Shown piece after piece: positions 42,479-51,836 of a stretch of DNA of 64,000 nt. The first letter of the stretch is position 1. Every line of letters starts with the position of its first letter. Source of the stretch: an uncultured Acidobacteriota bacterium. GTDB lineage: Bacteria; Acidobacteriota; UBA6911. The stretch lies in assembly GCA_963843575.1 (NCBI GenBank), contig CAWJKZ010000010.1, positions 320,001-384,000 of the forward strand. Reading direction: 5' to 3'. The position numbers were made by a program, and so were the translations under genes. The notes under the pieces were generated by a model that was not told the DNA's origin, made no database searches, and was given only the letters and a program-made list of their open reading frames with translations.

Positions 42479-45388
42479 GGCGCGCGCTCCTGATATTGCG
42501 CCAGCATACACCAAGTGGGCCGCGGCGGCTCGCCGCGGCCCCTGGGTTCAGCCCAACCGCTGACGTTTCCGGGACGCGGATTTGGCGCGGATCGCGACGA
42601 CGGCGGATGCGGCCGAGCGCGGCGCGATCTGGGGCGTCGCGACACCTTGCGCGTGAAATTCTTCCGCGAATCCTGCGGGTACACATGGGAGGAGAGGCGG
42701 ATCACGGTCTCGCGCAACCGTTCGGTGTCCTCCCGGTAGGATTCTCCCGACGTCGAGACGATGGGGGGCCCGAAGATCACCCGGACCCGGTGCGGCCGGA
42801 TGCGCATGCTGTCGCGCGGCCAGACTTCGTAAGTACCTTGCAGCCCCACGGGCACGATGGGGGCGCCGATCTCGTGCGAGAGGATCGCGGCGCCCTTCTT
42901 GAACTCCTTCACGTCGCCTTCGAATGAGCGGGCCCCTTCCGGGAAGATGCACAGCACCCGCCCGCTGCGCAAGCCGTAGGCCCCGACCTTCATGGCGCGC
43001 AGCAGGTGGACATCGGGGTCGACCGGCACAATGTTCGCGAGGCGCGCTAGGGCTTTCATATACCAGTTCTGGAAATACTCGCTCGCTCCCACGAAGAACA
43101 CCTTCCGGAACACCCGGTAGGGGAGCACCGACATCACCACGAATGGGTCGAGGTAGCTGGCGTGGTTTGGACAGATCAGGAAGGGAGGGTTCTTCGGCAG
43201 CTGTTCCAGCCCCTGCACGTCGAGGCGCAGGAAAATGCGGAAGAGGAGGTACAGGATCCGCAACCCGACGTATTTCACGAGCGTGAGGGTGTGGCCGGTG
43301 AAGCGGATCCGCCACTCGCCGTCATCCGCCTCCAGCGCTTCCCGGGAGAGGATGGAGCTCCAGTTCTGACGCGTCGAGGAGCCGCCGCCGGCGGGCGAAC
43401 CGACCTGTGTTTCAAGGCGCGCGACCAGGTCGCGCACGGTGAATATGTCGGCCCCGAAGTCGTCGGGGAGCTGGATCTGCAGAGACTGCTCGAGGCTGGC
43501 AAGCAGCTCGACGCGCTGCATGGAGTCGAATCCGAGGTCCAGCTCCAGGTTCATGCCCGGGTCGATGCCGGCCTGGTGGCCCGTTTCGCGAATCGCGCGC
43601 ACCACCTCCTGCCCGACGGGGGACTCGAGGAGCGCAAGGTCCTGCGGAGAGAGGGTCCGTTCCCCCTGGGACGCCTCGATGCCCCGCAGCTGGCCGGTCT
43701 CGATCAGACGCTTGAGTTCGACGCGCTTGATCTTGCGCGTGGTGGTGCGTGGCAGCGGGTCCTTCTGGATCTGGTAGCTCATCAGCCGTTTGTACTTGGG
43801 CAGCTGGTTGGACCAGCGGCCGATCTCGTCGCGCAGGATCTCCCGCGCGTTGGCGATCTTTTTCGCCCGCAGGTAGTCGAAGTTCGGGACCACCACCCCG
43901 TGCAACCGTTCACTCGTGGCGTGCCCGCCGCTTTCGGCGATGCCGACGACGGCGATCTCCTGGATGTACGGGCACTGCAGGTAGTGCGTTTCGAGCTCGT
44001 CGGGATAGATGTTCTTCCCGTTGGCGAGCACGATGACCTCCTTCTTGCGCCCCGTAATAAAGAGGTTTCCCGCCGCGTCGAGACGCCCCAGGTCCCCCGA
44101 GCGGAACCAGCCGTCGCGCATCGCCTCGTCGGTCGCGGCGGGGTTCCGGTAATAACCCTTCATCACCACGGGCCCGCGGATGAGAATCTCGCCCACTCCC
44201 TCGTCGTTGGGCTCCGCGATCTCGATGTCGGTGCCGGGGAGCGCGGGGCCGACCGAGCCGATGACGTTTTTCTCGATCGGGGTGATGCAGCAGCCCCCGG
44301 TAGTCTCGGTGAGCCCGTAGCCTTGGAGGATCGTCAGCCCGAGGTCGTGGAAATCCTGGGCCACCCGCGGATCGAAAGCGGAGCCGCCGCTCACGAATAG
44401 GCGGAGGCGGCTGCCGAAGTTGCGGTGGATGCGGCCGAAGAGCACCTTCCCGAAATTCAGGTGGAGGCGGCGGCAGAGGCCGTTGAGCCGCATCAGGAGT
44501 CGAAAGAGGGTGCGCAGCGGGCGCCGGCCTGTGTCCCACCTCCTCCTGGATGCGGCCGTGGAAGAGATAGAAGAACTGCGGCACCGTCGCGAGGATCGAT
44601 ATCCCGGCCTGCTGCAGCGCTTCCATGATCTCCGCCCGTTTCAATGTATCGATGAACGTGACCTGGGCGCCGAGCCACAGCGGGACGAGGACGTTGATAA
44701 TCGAGGCAAACACGTGCTGCAGCGGCAGGAGACAGAGAAAGTTGTCGTTTTCGTCGACGCGGACCACCTGGAGCGCCGTGCTGATCTCGGCGACGACGTT
44801 CGCCTGCGTCAGCGTCACCCCTTTGGGTTTCCCGGTTGTGCCCGACGTGTAGATGATCACCGCGACGTCGGAAGGCTGCACTTCCGGGAGTGACGGTGCC
44901 GGGTCCAGCGCGGCCGCCCACTCGATGAAGCCGGGGAGCTCGGACCGCGCGTCGCGATCCCCTTCAAGCGCATCGAAGCATACGATTTTGGATATCAGGT
45001 AGGAATCGCGCAGGGATTCCCGCAGCCTGGGGAGCAGCGCGCCGCTCACAAAGACGTATTGCGACTCGGAATCGTCGATCAACCGCCTCCATTCGGCCGC
45101 CGAGAGCTGCGCGTCCAGCGGAACCGCGATCCCGCCCGCGAAATAAACGCCGAGATAGGCGATCACCCACTCGGGACGGTTTTCGGAGAGAATCGCGACC
45201 CGGGCGCCGGTTTTCAGCCCGAGGGCGGAAAGTCCCAGGCCAACCCCCAGGCACTGCCGAAAGGCCTCGGCATAGCTCGTCTGCTGATAGCCCTGGTGAG
45301 TCTTGATCCGGAAAGCCGTGCGGTCGGGAAATCTCCGGACCGTCTGCCGGAACCTCTCGTTGAAAGTGGCGCTGGCGGATTCTGTCAT
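42475..45388 (-). CDS. Acyl-CoA/AMP ligase + carrier domain + PlsC acyltransferase tri-domain protein (frameshift near 44500; 3' end uncertain)
   Basis: YTSGTTGKPKG, GYGLTET, WFRSGDLG; DLGFDSM phosphopantetheine site; NHASYLD and IFPEGARS. Confidence 0.88.
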
Positions 45389-45629
45389 ACGCGTGATTTC
45401 GGATTTCCTCGGGCGCGCTCCGTGCGCGCAAAAAATCACATTATCAGCAAAACCACGGTAAGTAAAACTGGGCATAATCCGATAATCTGCTACTGCGATT
45501 CAGACATGGGGATCCTGCAAACTTCCTGGAACGCGGATTCTCGCGGATTTACGTTGTAGCTCGGCTTAGGGTTCGCGCCAAAATGTGAACTCATTCTTGC
45601 GCGAACCCTAATTCCGCTTTGTTCCGTGT

Positions 45630-45810
45630 GCAAAGCTCGGCGGGGCGCTCTGGATGTGGTTCTCCGGGGTGGGCTTGCGGCAAACGCTCTCGTGCCAGGC
45701 CGGACCCGCGCTCCGAGCTCCAGTGCGCTTGCCGCAAGCCCACCCCGGAGAACCAACCGGCGCTTGCGCCGGCCGCCGTGCGGCATCCAGGGCGCCCCGC
45801 CGAGCTTTGC
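45630..45810. repeat. Nested long inverted repeat
   Basis: Outer 27-bp arms 45630-45656 / 45784-45810 (1 mismatch); inner perfect 27-bp arms 45657-45683 / 45729-45755. Confidence 0.85.
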
Positions 45811-46168
45811 CAGCGTTCGTCCGCGTCCGAGGAATTTTGAGTCGCTGTCTGACTCGCAGTAATCCGCTACGAGGTTGGATCTCCCGCGGCGCGGGCCGGT
45901 TCGGGGACCGGGGAGACTTTCCCGTAACCGTAGGCCGACCCACGCCGAGGGAACCGCCGACGCAGTGCGCGCATCGGCGCACGTCGGCGTACGGACAACG
46001 TTCCCCGACCGGCGGGCTGCCGACCTCCCGGACGGCTGGTTCCCATCCCGCGGGCAATGTGTTAATGTGGCCCGCGCGTGGGCGGGGGCGGCCCGCCCAC
46101 GCCCCAGACAGCAACGGCCCGTAAGTTCGACAGGCCGCCGCGGCCCACTCCGAGCCTATAAACCCGCC

Positions 46169-47143
46169 ATGGATGAGACTCAAACGGCGAAACTCATCAG
46201 CATCGTCATCCCCGTCCTCGACGAACAAGGGTCGCTGGTCGAATTGGCCGCCAGGCTGCGCACGATCGCCGAGGCCCACGGGTTGCGGATCGAACTGATC
46301 TTTGTCGACGACGGCAGCCGGGACGGCTCGTGGGAAATCATCCGGCAACTAGCCCGGACGCCGGGCGTCCGCGGCGTGCGTTTCCGCCGCAATTTCGGGA
46401 AATCCGCCGCGCTCGCCGCCGGCTTTGAGGCCGCAGCGGGCGACATCGTTTTCCAGATGGACGCCGACCTCCAGGACGATCCGGCAGAGATCCCCGGTTT
46501 TCTCGCCAAGCTGGCGACCGGGTTCGACATCGTCAACGGCGTGCGCCGCCGCAGGCGCGATCCCTGGCACAAGATCTACCCCAGCCTGATCTTCAACTGG
46601 ATGGTCGGCGCGCTCACCGGCCTGAGGCTGCGTGACCACAATTGCGGGTTCAAGTGCGCACGAGCCGAGGTCGTGAAAGAATTGCGGCTTTACGGCGACA
46701 TGCACCGGTTCATCCCCGTGATCGGGCATGCGCACGGCTTCCGGGTCGCCGAGCACGAGGTGGAGCACAGCCCGCGCCGCTGGGGCCGCTCGAAGTACGG
46801 GGTGCGCCGATTCACGCGGGGGTTTCTCGACCTGATGACCGTCACCTTCCTCACCGTGTTCGGCCAGCGCCCGCTCCACCTTCTGGGCGGGGTGGGATTG
46901 ATCCCGCTCGCACTAGGGTCAGCGGGCCTGGCTTACCTCGCGTTCTGCTGGGTCCTGGCGCGTCTGGGAGTGTCGGGTTACGGCCCGATCGGCCAGCGGC
47001 CGCTGCTCAGTTATTCCGTGCTCGGGGTCTTTCTAGGCGTGCACCTGTTGTCGATCGGCTTCCTGGCCGAGCTCCTGCTTGCGCTGAACATCCGCAGCGT
47101 GAAGAGCTACAGCGTGCTCGAGCGCACCGGGCAAGAACCATGA
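46169..47143 (+). CDS. GT2 polyprenyl-phosphate glycosyltransferase (ArnC/GtrB-like)
   Basis: SIVIPVLDE, VDDGSRDG, RRNFGKSAAL, MDADLQDDP, DHNCGFK, two C-terminal TMs. Confidence 0.9.
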   Translation: MDETQTAKLISIVIPVLDEQGSLVELAARLRTIAEAHGLRIELIFVDDGSRDGSWEIIRQLARTPGVRGVRFRRNFGKSAALAAGFEAAAGDIVFQMDADLQDDPAEIPGFLAKLATGFDIVNGVRRRRRDPWHKIYPSLIFNWMVGALTGLRLRDHNCGFKCARAEVVKELRLYGDMHRFIPVIGHAHGFRVAEHEVEHSPRRWGRSKYGVRRFTRGFLDLMTVTFLTVFGQRPLHLLGGVGLIPLALGSAGLAYLAFCWVLARLGVSGYGPIGQRPLLSYSVLGVFLGVHLLSIGFLAELLLALNIRSVKSYSVLERTGQEP

Positions 47144-48534
47144 ACCCAAACGAGGCGACAGTGCCACATGACGCGCGGCGGCAGCCATTGGACTTCATCA
47201 TCATCGCGCTTGCGGTCGGGGTGGTCCTGGGCCTGATCCTTGCGGCAAGAAGCGATCACGGCACGCAAACCACCCCACCCGCGGTCCTGAGCGTCAACGA
47301 TCTTTCGCGCTGGGCGACCGTCTTCAGCCTCGCCGAGCGCGGAACGTACGACATCGACGAAACACCCTGGCCCGCGACGATAGACCGCGTCCGGATCAAC
47401 GGGCATTTCTACTCCTCAAAACCGCCGCTTCTTCCCACGCTGCTGGCCGCCGAGTACTACCTGCTGAAAAAGGCCAGCTTCGGACGGCTCAGCTTCGCCT
47501 CCAGCCCGAACGCCACCATACGGCTCATGATCGTGACCGTGAACCTCGTCCCTTTTGGGGTTTTCCTGCTCCTCTACGAGAAGCTGCTGCGCGAGCTGAC
47601 ACCGGATCCCTGGACACGCTGTTACTCTCTCTGCGCCGCCGCCTTCGGTACCTACCTGACGAGCTTCTGCGTCACCCTGAACAACCACACCATCGCGGCT
47701 TTCAGCGCGCTGTTCGCGCTGTATCCGCTCTACCGGATCGTGTGCAGCCGGTCTTCGTCCCCCCTCTATTTCGCGGTCGCCGGGTTTTTCGCCGCCTTCG
47801 CCGCGGTGAACGAGCTCCCTGCCGCCGCCTTCCTGGCCCTGGGCGCCGGCGCCCTGCTCCGGAAGGCGCCCCGCCCCACCCTGGCCGTGTTCCTGCCGTT
47901 TGCGTTGCTCCCCGTCGCGGCACACTTCACGACCAACTACCTCGCCGTCGGCTCCCTCGCCCCCGCCTACGCGGACAAGCAGGCCTACGAGTTTCCCGGA
48001 TCGTACTGGAAGGTGGACCCAAACACCGGCCGCCTCACGAGCACCCGCACCGATCCGGCGACGGGAAAGGTCGAGGTGCGCAAGAACATCGACAGCCTGT
48101 ACGAACCTTGGCCGGTCTACCTCTTCCACATGCTGGCAGGACACCACGGGATCTTCTCACTCTCGCCAGTTTTCCTGCTTTGCTTCGCGGGATTGTGGCG
48201 CGTCGCGCGCGACCGCGCCGCGCCGCTGCACGGCTTCGCGCTCGTCTCGCTGTTCCTGACGGCGCTGTTGCTGTTGTTTTACGTGTTTTTCGCGGGGCAG
48301 AGAAACTACGGGGGGGCGACGAGCGGGCTGCGCTGGCTTTTCTGGCTGATACCCTTCTGGTTGTTGTTTCTGCCTGCCGGGATGCACAAAGCCGCCGGGT
48401 CGGGACGATTCCGCGGGCTCGCGCTGGCCTTCCTGCTGCTGTCCGCCATGTCGGTGTTTTATTCGGCGGGAAACCCCTGGACGCGGCCGTGGCTGCACCA
48501 GTGGCTGAATACCATGGGATGGATCTGGTACTGA
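47140..48534 (+). CDS. Polytopic membrane protein, probable GT-C glycosyltransferase
   Basis: ATGA overlap with the GT2 gene; NDLSRWATV, HFYSSKPPLL, LNNH, NYGG...GLRW; roughly ten hydrophobic segments. Confidence 0.65.
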   Translation: MNPNEATVPHDARRQPLDFIIIALAVGVVLGLILAARSDHGTQTTPPAVLSVNDLSRWATVFSLAERGTYDIDETPWPATIDRVRINGHFYSSKPPLLPTLLAAEYYLLKKASFGRLSFASSPNATIRLMIVTVNLVPFGVFLLLYEKLLRELTPDPWTRCYSLCAAAFGTYLTSFCVTLNNHTIAAFSALFALYPLYRIVCSRSSSPLYFAVAGFFAAFAAVNELPAAAFLALGAGALLRKAPRPTLAVFLPFALLPVAAHFTTNYLAVGSLAPAYADKQAYEFPGSYWKVDPNTGRLTSTRTDPATGKVEVRKNIDSLYEPWPVYLFHMLAGHHGIFSLSPVFLLCFAGLWRVARDRAAPLHGFALVSLFLTALLLLFYVFFAGQRNYGGATSGLRWLFWLIPFWLLFLPAGMHKAAGSGRFRGLALAFLLLSAMSVFYSAGNPWTRPWLHQWLNTMGWIWY

Positions 48535-48611
48535 TCTGAGTAGCGCGGCCCGACGCCGCCTGGGGGGCGCGCGGGAGGAACGCGGCGCCGAGGCGCCGCG
48601 TTCCGAGACGA

Positions 48612-49679
48612 TCACTTCGAGTTGCGGCGGTTCCACTCGTCGTCGGACATCACCATCTCGACGGGCGCCTTCGCCTTGAGATCCTGCAGGTGCTTCTGCA
48701 GTGCGTCCTCCTTCGCCTTCCTGGTGAGGAAGTTCGAGATGTCGGACTTGCTCGCCTCCAGCGGCTTGACGCCCGCGGGCTTGTTCTCGATGACCTTGAT
48801 CAGGTGATAACCAAACTGGGTCTCCACGACCGGGGTCAGGGTGCCGGGCTGGGCGGCGAAGGCGGCGTCGGAGAATGGCTTGACCATCTGGCCCCGCGCA
48901 AAGAATCCCAGATCGCCCCCTTTAGGCGCGCTTCCCGGGTCCTGCGAATTCTGCCGGGCCGCATCCTCGAACGTCAGCTTCTTGCTTTCGATGTCGGCAC
49001 GGAGCGCATCGATCTTCTGCCGCGCCTCGGTCTTCTTTTCCGGACCGGCCTGCGCGTCGACCCTCAGGAGGATGTGGGCGGCGTGCACCTGCTCGGGTTG
49101 CTCGAAGTACTTGGGGTTCTCGTCGTAGAAATGCTTGACCTGTTCCTCGCTTGGGGGAGGGGCGTCCTTGACAGCGTCCTCGACCACCTGCTGGAGCAGG
49201 ATGTTGTCCCTGATTGAACGGCGCAAGTCGGCTTCGGTAAGGCCCTGCTTCGCCATCGCCTGCCTGAACTGCTCCTCGGAGGGAAAGCGCGCCACCAGCG
49301 TCTTGAACTGCTCGTCGGCTTTGGCCTGATCCACGCTGATCTTCTTCTCCTGCCCCTCATGCTTGAGGAGAATCTGGGAAACCAGGGTGTCGAGGGCGTT
49401 CTTATAAAAGAGGACGTTCTTCTTCTGCTGCTGCTCGGGCGTGGTCTGCTGACCGGCGGCGATCTGGCTGATGACGATCAGTACCTCTTTTTCGGTTATC
49501 GGCTCGCCTTGAACCCGGGCGACGACCGGGTCGCCGGCGCCGGCCTCCATAACCGGGACTTGTGCCGCAGGGGTTTGCGGCGGAGGCGCCGGAGTCGGTG
49601 TTTGCGGTTGCTGCGCGAAGGCAATCGACGCGAAGATCGCTGTAAGGCAGACGCCTTTTATTATTGTGTGGACAGCCAT
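48612..49679 (-). CDS. PpiC-type peptidyl-prolyl isomerase (PrsA/SurA-like)
   Basis: Signal peptide; VHAAHILL, ARQNSQDPGSAPKGGDLGFF, VETQFGYHLIKV. Confidence 0.92.
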   Translation of the reverse strand: MAVHTIIKGVCLTAIFASIAFAQQPQTPTPAPPPQTPAAQVPVMEAGAGDPVVARVQGEPITEKEVLIVISQIAAGQQTTPEQQQKKNVLFYKNALDTLVSQILLKHEGQEKKISVDQAKADEQFKTLVARFPSEEQFRQAMAKQGLTEADLRRSIRDNILLQQVVEDAVKDAPPPSEEQVKHFYDENPKYFEQPEQVHAAHILLRVDAQAGPEKKTEARQKIDALRADIESKKLTFEDAARQNSQDPGSAPKGGDLGFFARGQMVKPFSDAAFAAQPGTLTPVVETQFGYHLIKVIENKPAGVKPLEASKSDISNFLTRKAKEDALQKHLQDLKAKAPVEMVMSDDEWNRRNSK

Positions 49680-49836
49680 GAGACGGAGTTCTCCTTAAGG
49701 GTAGTTTCGTGGTTCCGGTGCAACGGCCAAGGCGCGTCGAGCAGTACCGGGTCGCGTACCGCCCGTCTATGACGAGGGTGGAAACGCTCGACAAATAATA
49801 CACCCCGTTGCCGCCCCAGGCCAGCACGGCCCTCCT

Positions 49837-50244
49837 TCACGAGAGGTTTCGTGCGGCCTTGTCCAGACTCCAGGGCCCGGGCCCGGCAAAGACCAGATAG
49901 AGAAAGCAGAAGCTGTACAAGACCGCCAGTTCGCCGCCGTTCATAATCGGCCAGAAATTGCGCGGCGCGTGCGCCATGAAGTACGCCACCGCCATCTGGC
50001 CCGACAGGATGAACGCAACCGGCCGGGTAAAGAGGCCAAGGACGATCAGCAACCCGCCGAACCCCTCCAACACACCCGCCGCCCAGAACAGCGAGAAGAG
50101 TTCGGCCGTCCCCCCCTTTCCCCCCATCCCCCCGAACGCCCCAAACAGCTTCTGAAGACCGTGCAGCGAGAATGTGAACCCCGCAACTAGGCGCAAGAGC
50201 GACAAGGCATAGGGCTGAAATCGAGAGAGCTTGCGTGATGTCAC
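49837..50244 (-). CDS. DoxX family membrane protein
   Basis: LLRLVAGFTFSLHGLQKLFG, GLFTRPVAFILSGQMAVAYFMAH, NGGELA, GPGPWSLD. Confidence 0.9.
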   Translation of the reverse strand: MTSRKLSRFQPYALSLLRLVAGFTFSLHGLQKLFGAFGGMGGKGGTAELFSLFWAAGVLEGFGGLLIVLGLFTRPVAFILSGQMAVAYFMAHAPRNFWPIMNGGELAVLYSFCFLYLVFAGPGPWSLDKAARNLS

Positions 50245-50455
50245 GTCGATTCTCCTTTTGGATGTACCCCGTTTGCCTGGCGATTCTTCGAGCTCTTGGA
50301 GCCCTGGAGGAGAGACGCACGGCTCACCTCGAAAACTCCAAGGGCTCAGGGGAACTCGAAGCCTCTCCCGGCTTCCACCTTCAAGTCCTTGAACAATGCA
50401 CCTAAGGGTACTACTCTCAGGCTGCACACCAATATCACTAAGTGAGGAGGCTTCA

Positions 50456-51431
50456 GTGTCTCGATCATATTGGCAACTGGCGTTCCTACTGGTGTTGCTT
50501 TGCCCGGCCGTGTCGGCCGGGCTTGTCCAGCAGTCCGGCACGACCGAGATCGCGGGCGGACGAGGCGGCGGCGGCTTTGCCGACACCGAACCCCAACTGG
50601 GGACGCGCGTGGCCGAGGTGCACGTCAGGTCCGGGGACCAGGTGGATTCGGTTCAAATGCGGCTGGCGCTCCCGGGCGGGACCACCGTCATGACCCCGCT
50701 GCACGGTGGGAGGGGCGGAAGGCTGGACGTCTTCCGGTTGGACTCCGGAGAGTACATCACCGGCATCTCCGGCCGATGCGGCACCTATATAGACTCGCTC
50801 CGCATCCACACCAACCGAAGGACGTCGCAACTCTTCGGTGGGCGCGGCGGCAGCCGCGACTTCGTCGTCGAGGTTCCCTCGGGAACCCAGGCCATCGGCT
50901 TCACCGGTCGGGCCGGTGATTACCTTGACGCCGTCGGGCTGGTCTACGCGGCCATCTCGGTCGGGCAGGCACAGCGCGCCACGCTGGCCGGCGGCCGAGG
51001 GGGGTCCGAATTCTCCGAGGGCGACGTCGCCTCGCAATCGAGGATCGTGGAGGTCCGGATCAGGTACGGCGACCGGATCGATTCCGTGCAGGCGATCTAC
51101 ATGACCTCGAGCGGCAGCACCGTCGAGGGTGCCCGGCACGGAGGCCGGGGGCAGGGAGAGCGTGTTCCGCCTCGACAGCGACGAGTACATCGTCGCCCTG
51201 TCCGGCCGGTGCGGTGACCAGGTGGACTCGCTGCGCATACACACGAACAAGCGGACGTCCGAGTTGTTCGGCGGCAGCGGCGGCCGTGATTTCCGCATCG
51301 AGGTCCCGAGCGGGACACGGGCCACGGGCTTTGCCGGACGCTCAGGTCAATACCTCGACGCCATCGGCCTCAACTACGGGTCCCTCACGCAGAACCAGCC
51401 GACCCGCAGGTTCCGCTGGCCCCGACGCTAA
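50456..51431 (+). CDS. Secreted tandem jacalin-like lectin (two domains, frameshift near 51145)
   Basis: Signal peptide; two copies of GGRGG..F..V.VR.GD.VDSVQ..HGGRGG..FRLDS.EYI..GRCG..DSLRIHTN.RTS.LFGG.GG..GF.GR.G.YLDA.GL. Confidence 0.85.
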
Positions 51432-51447
51432 ATACACAGTCTCATAA

Positions 51448-51638
51448 GTACGCTGACGTATTTTTCAGGACGCAGAACAACACGGGCGATGAAAAACAAA
51501 AGCCAAAACAGAACGCAGATTCCGCGGATCCAACGGATTCACGCGGATCGGACGCAGCCTGTCGCCAGGTCGATCTGACGGGATCCGCGCGCATCCGCGT
51601 CCTGACAAATACGTTGGCGTATTTGTGAACATCCGTAC
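51448..51638 (+). mobile_element. Repeat family B, copy 1 (MITE-like, GTAC ends flanked by TAA)
   Basis: Near-identical over about 165 nt to 53900-54068 and, inverted, to 60085-60255. Confidence 0.8.
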
Positions 51639-51836
51639 TAAGGGTTCGCGCCATTTTGGCGCGAGCGCCGGGCGGTCAGATGCAAGGCGCCGCGACGCAG
51701 GCGATGTGGTGACATCGTCGAGGCGGCAACGCCGCAGATGCCCGCCCGCCGTCGAATAGGGTCTTGGGGGGTCGAAGGTCGCCCTCGATCCCCGAATCGT
51801 GGTTAGAAGGGCCCCCACAGGCTCACCGGAGGCACC

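Noticed and set aside
51442-51654. Similar small ORFs at 51442-51654, the start of 53352-54062 and 60095-60361
   Set aside because: They are translations of the family B repeat with differing starts and stops and no RBS, so not a peptide family.
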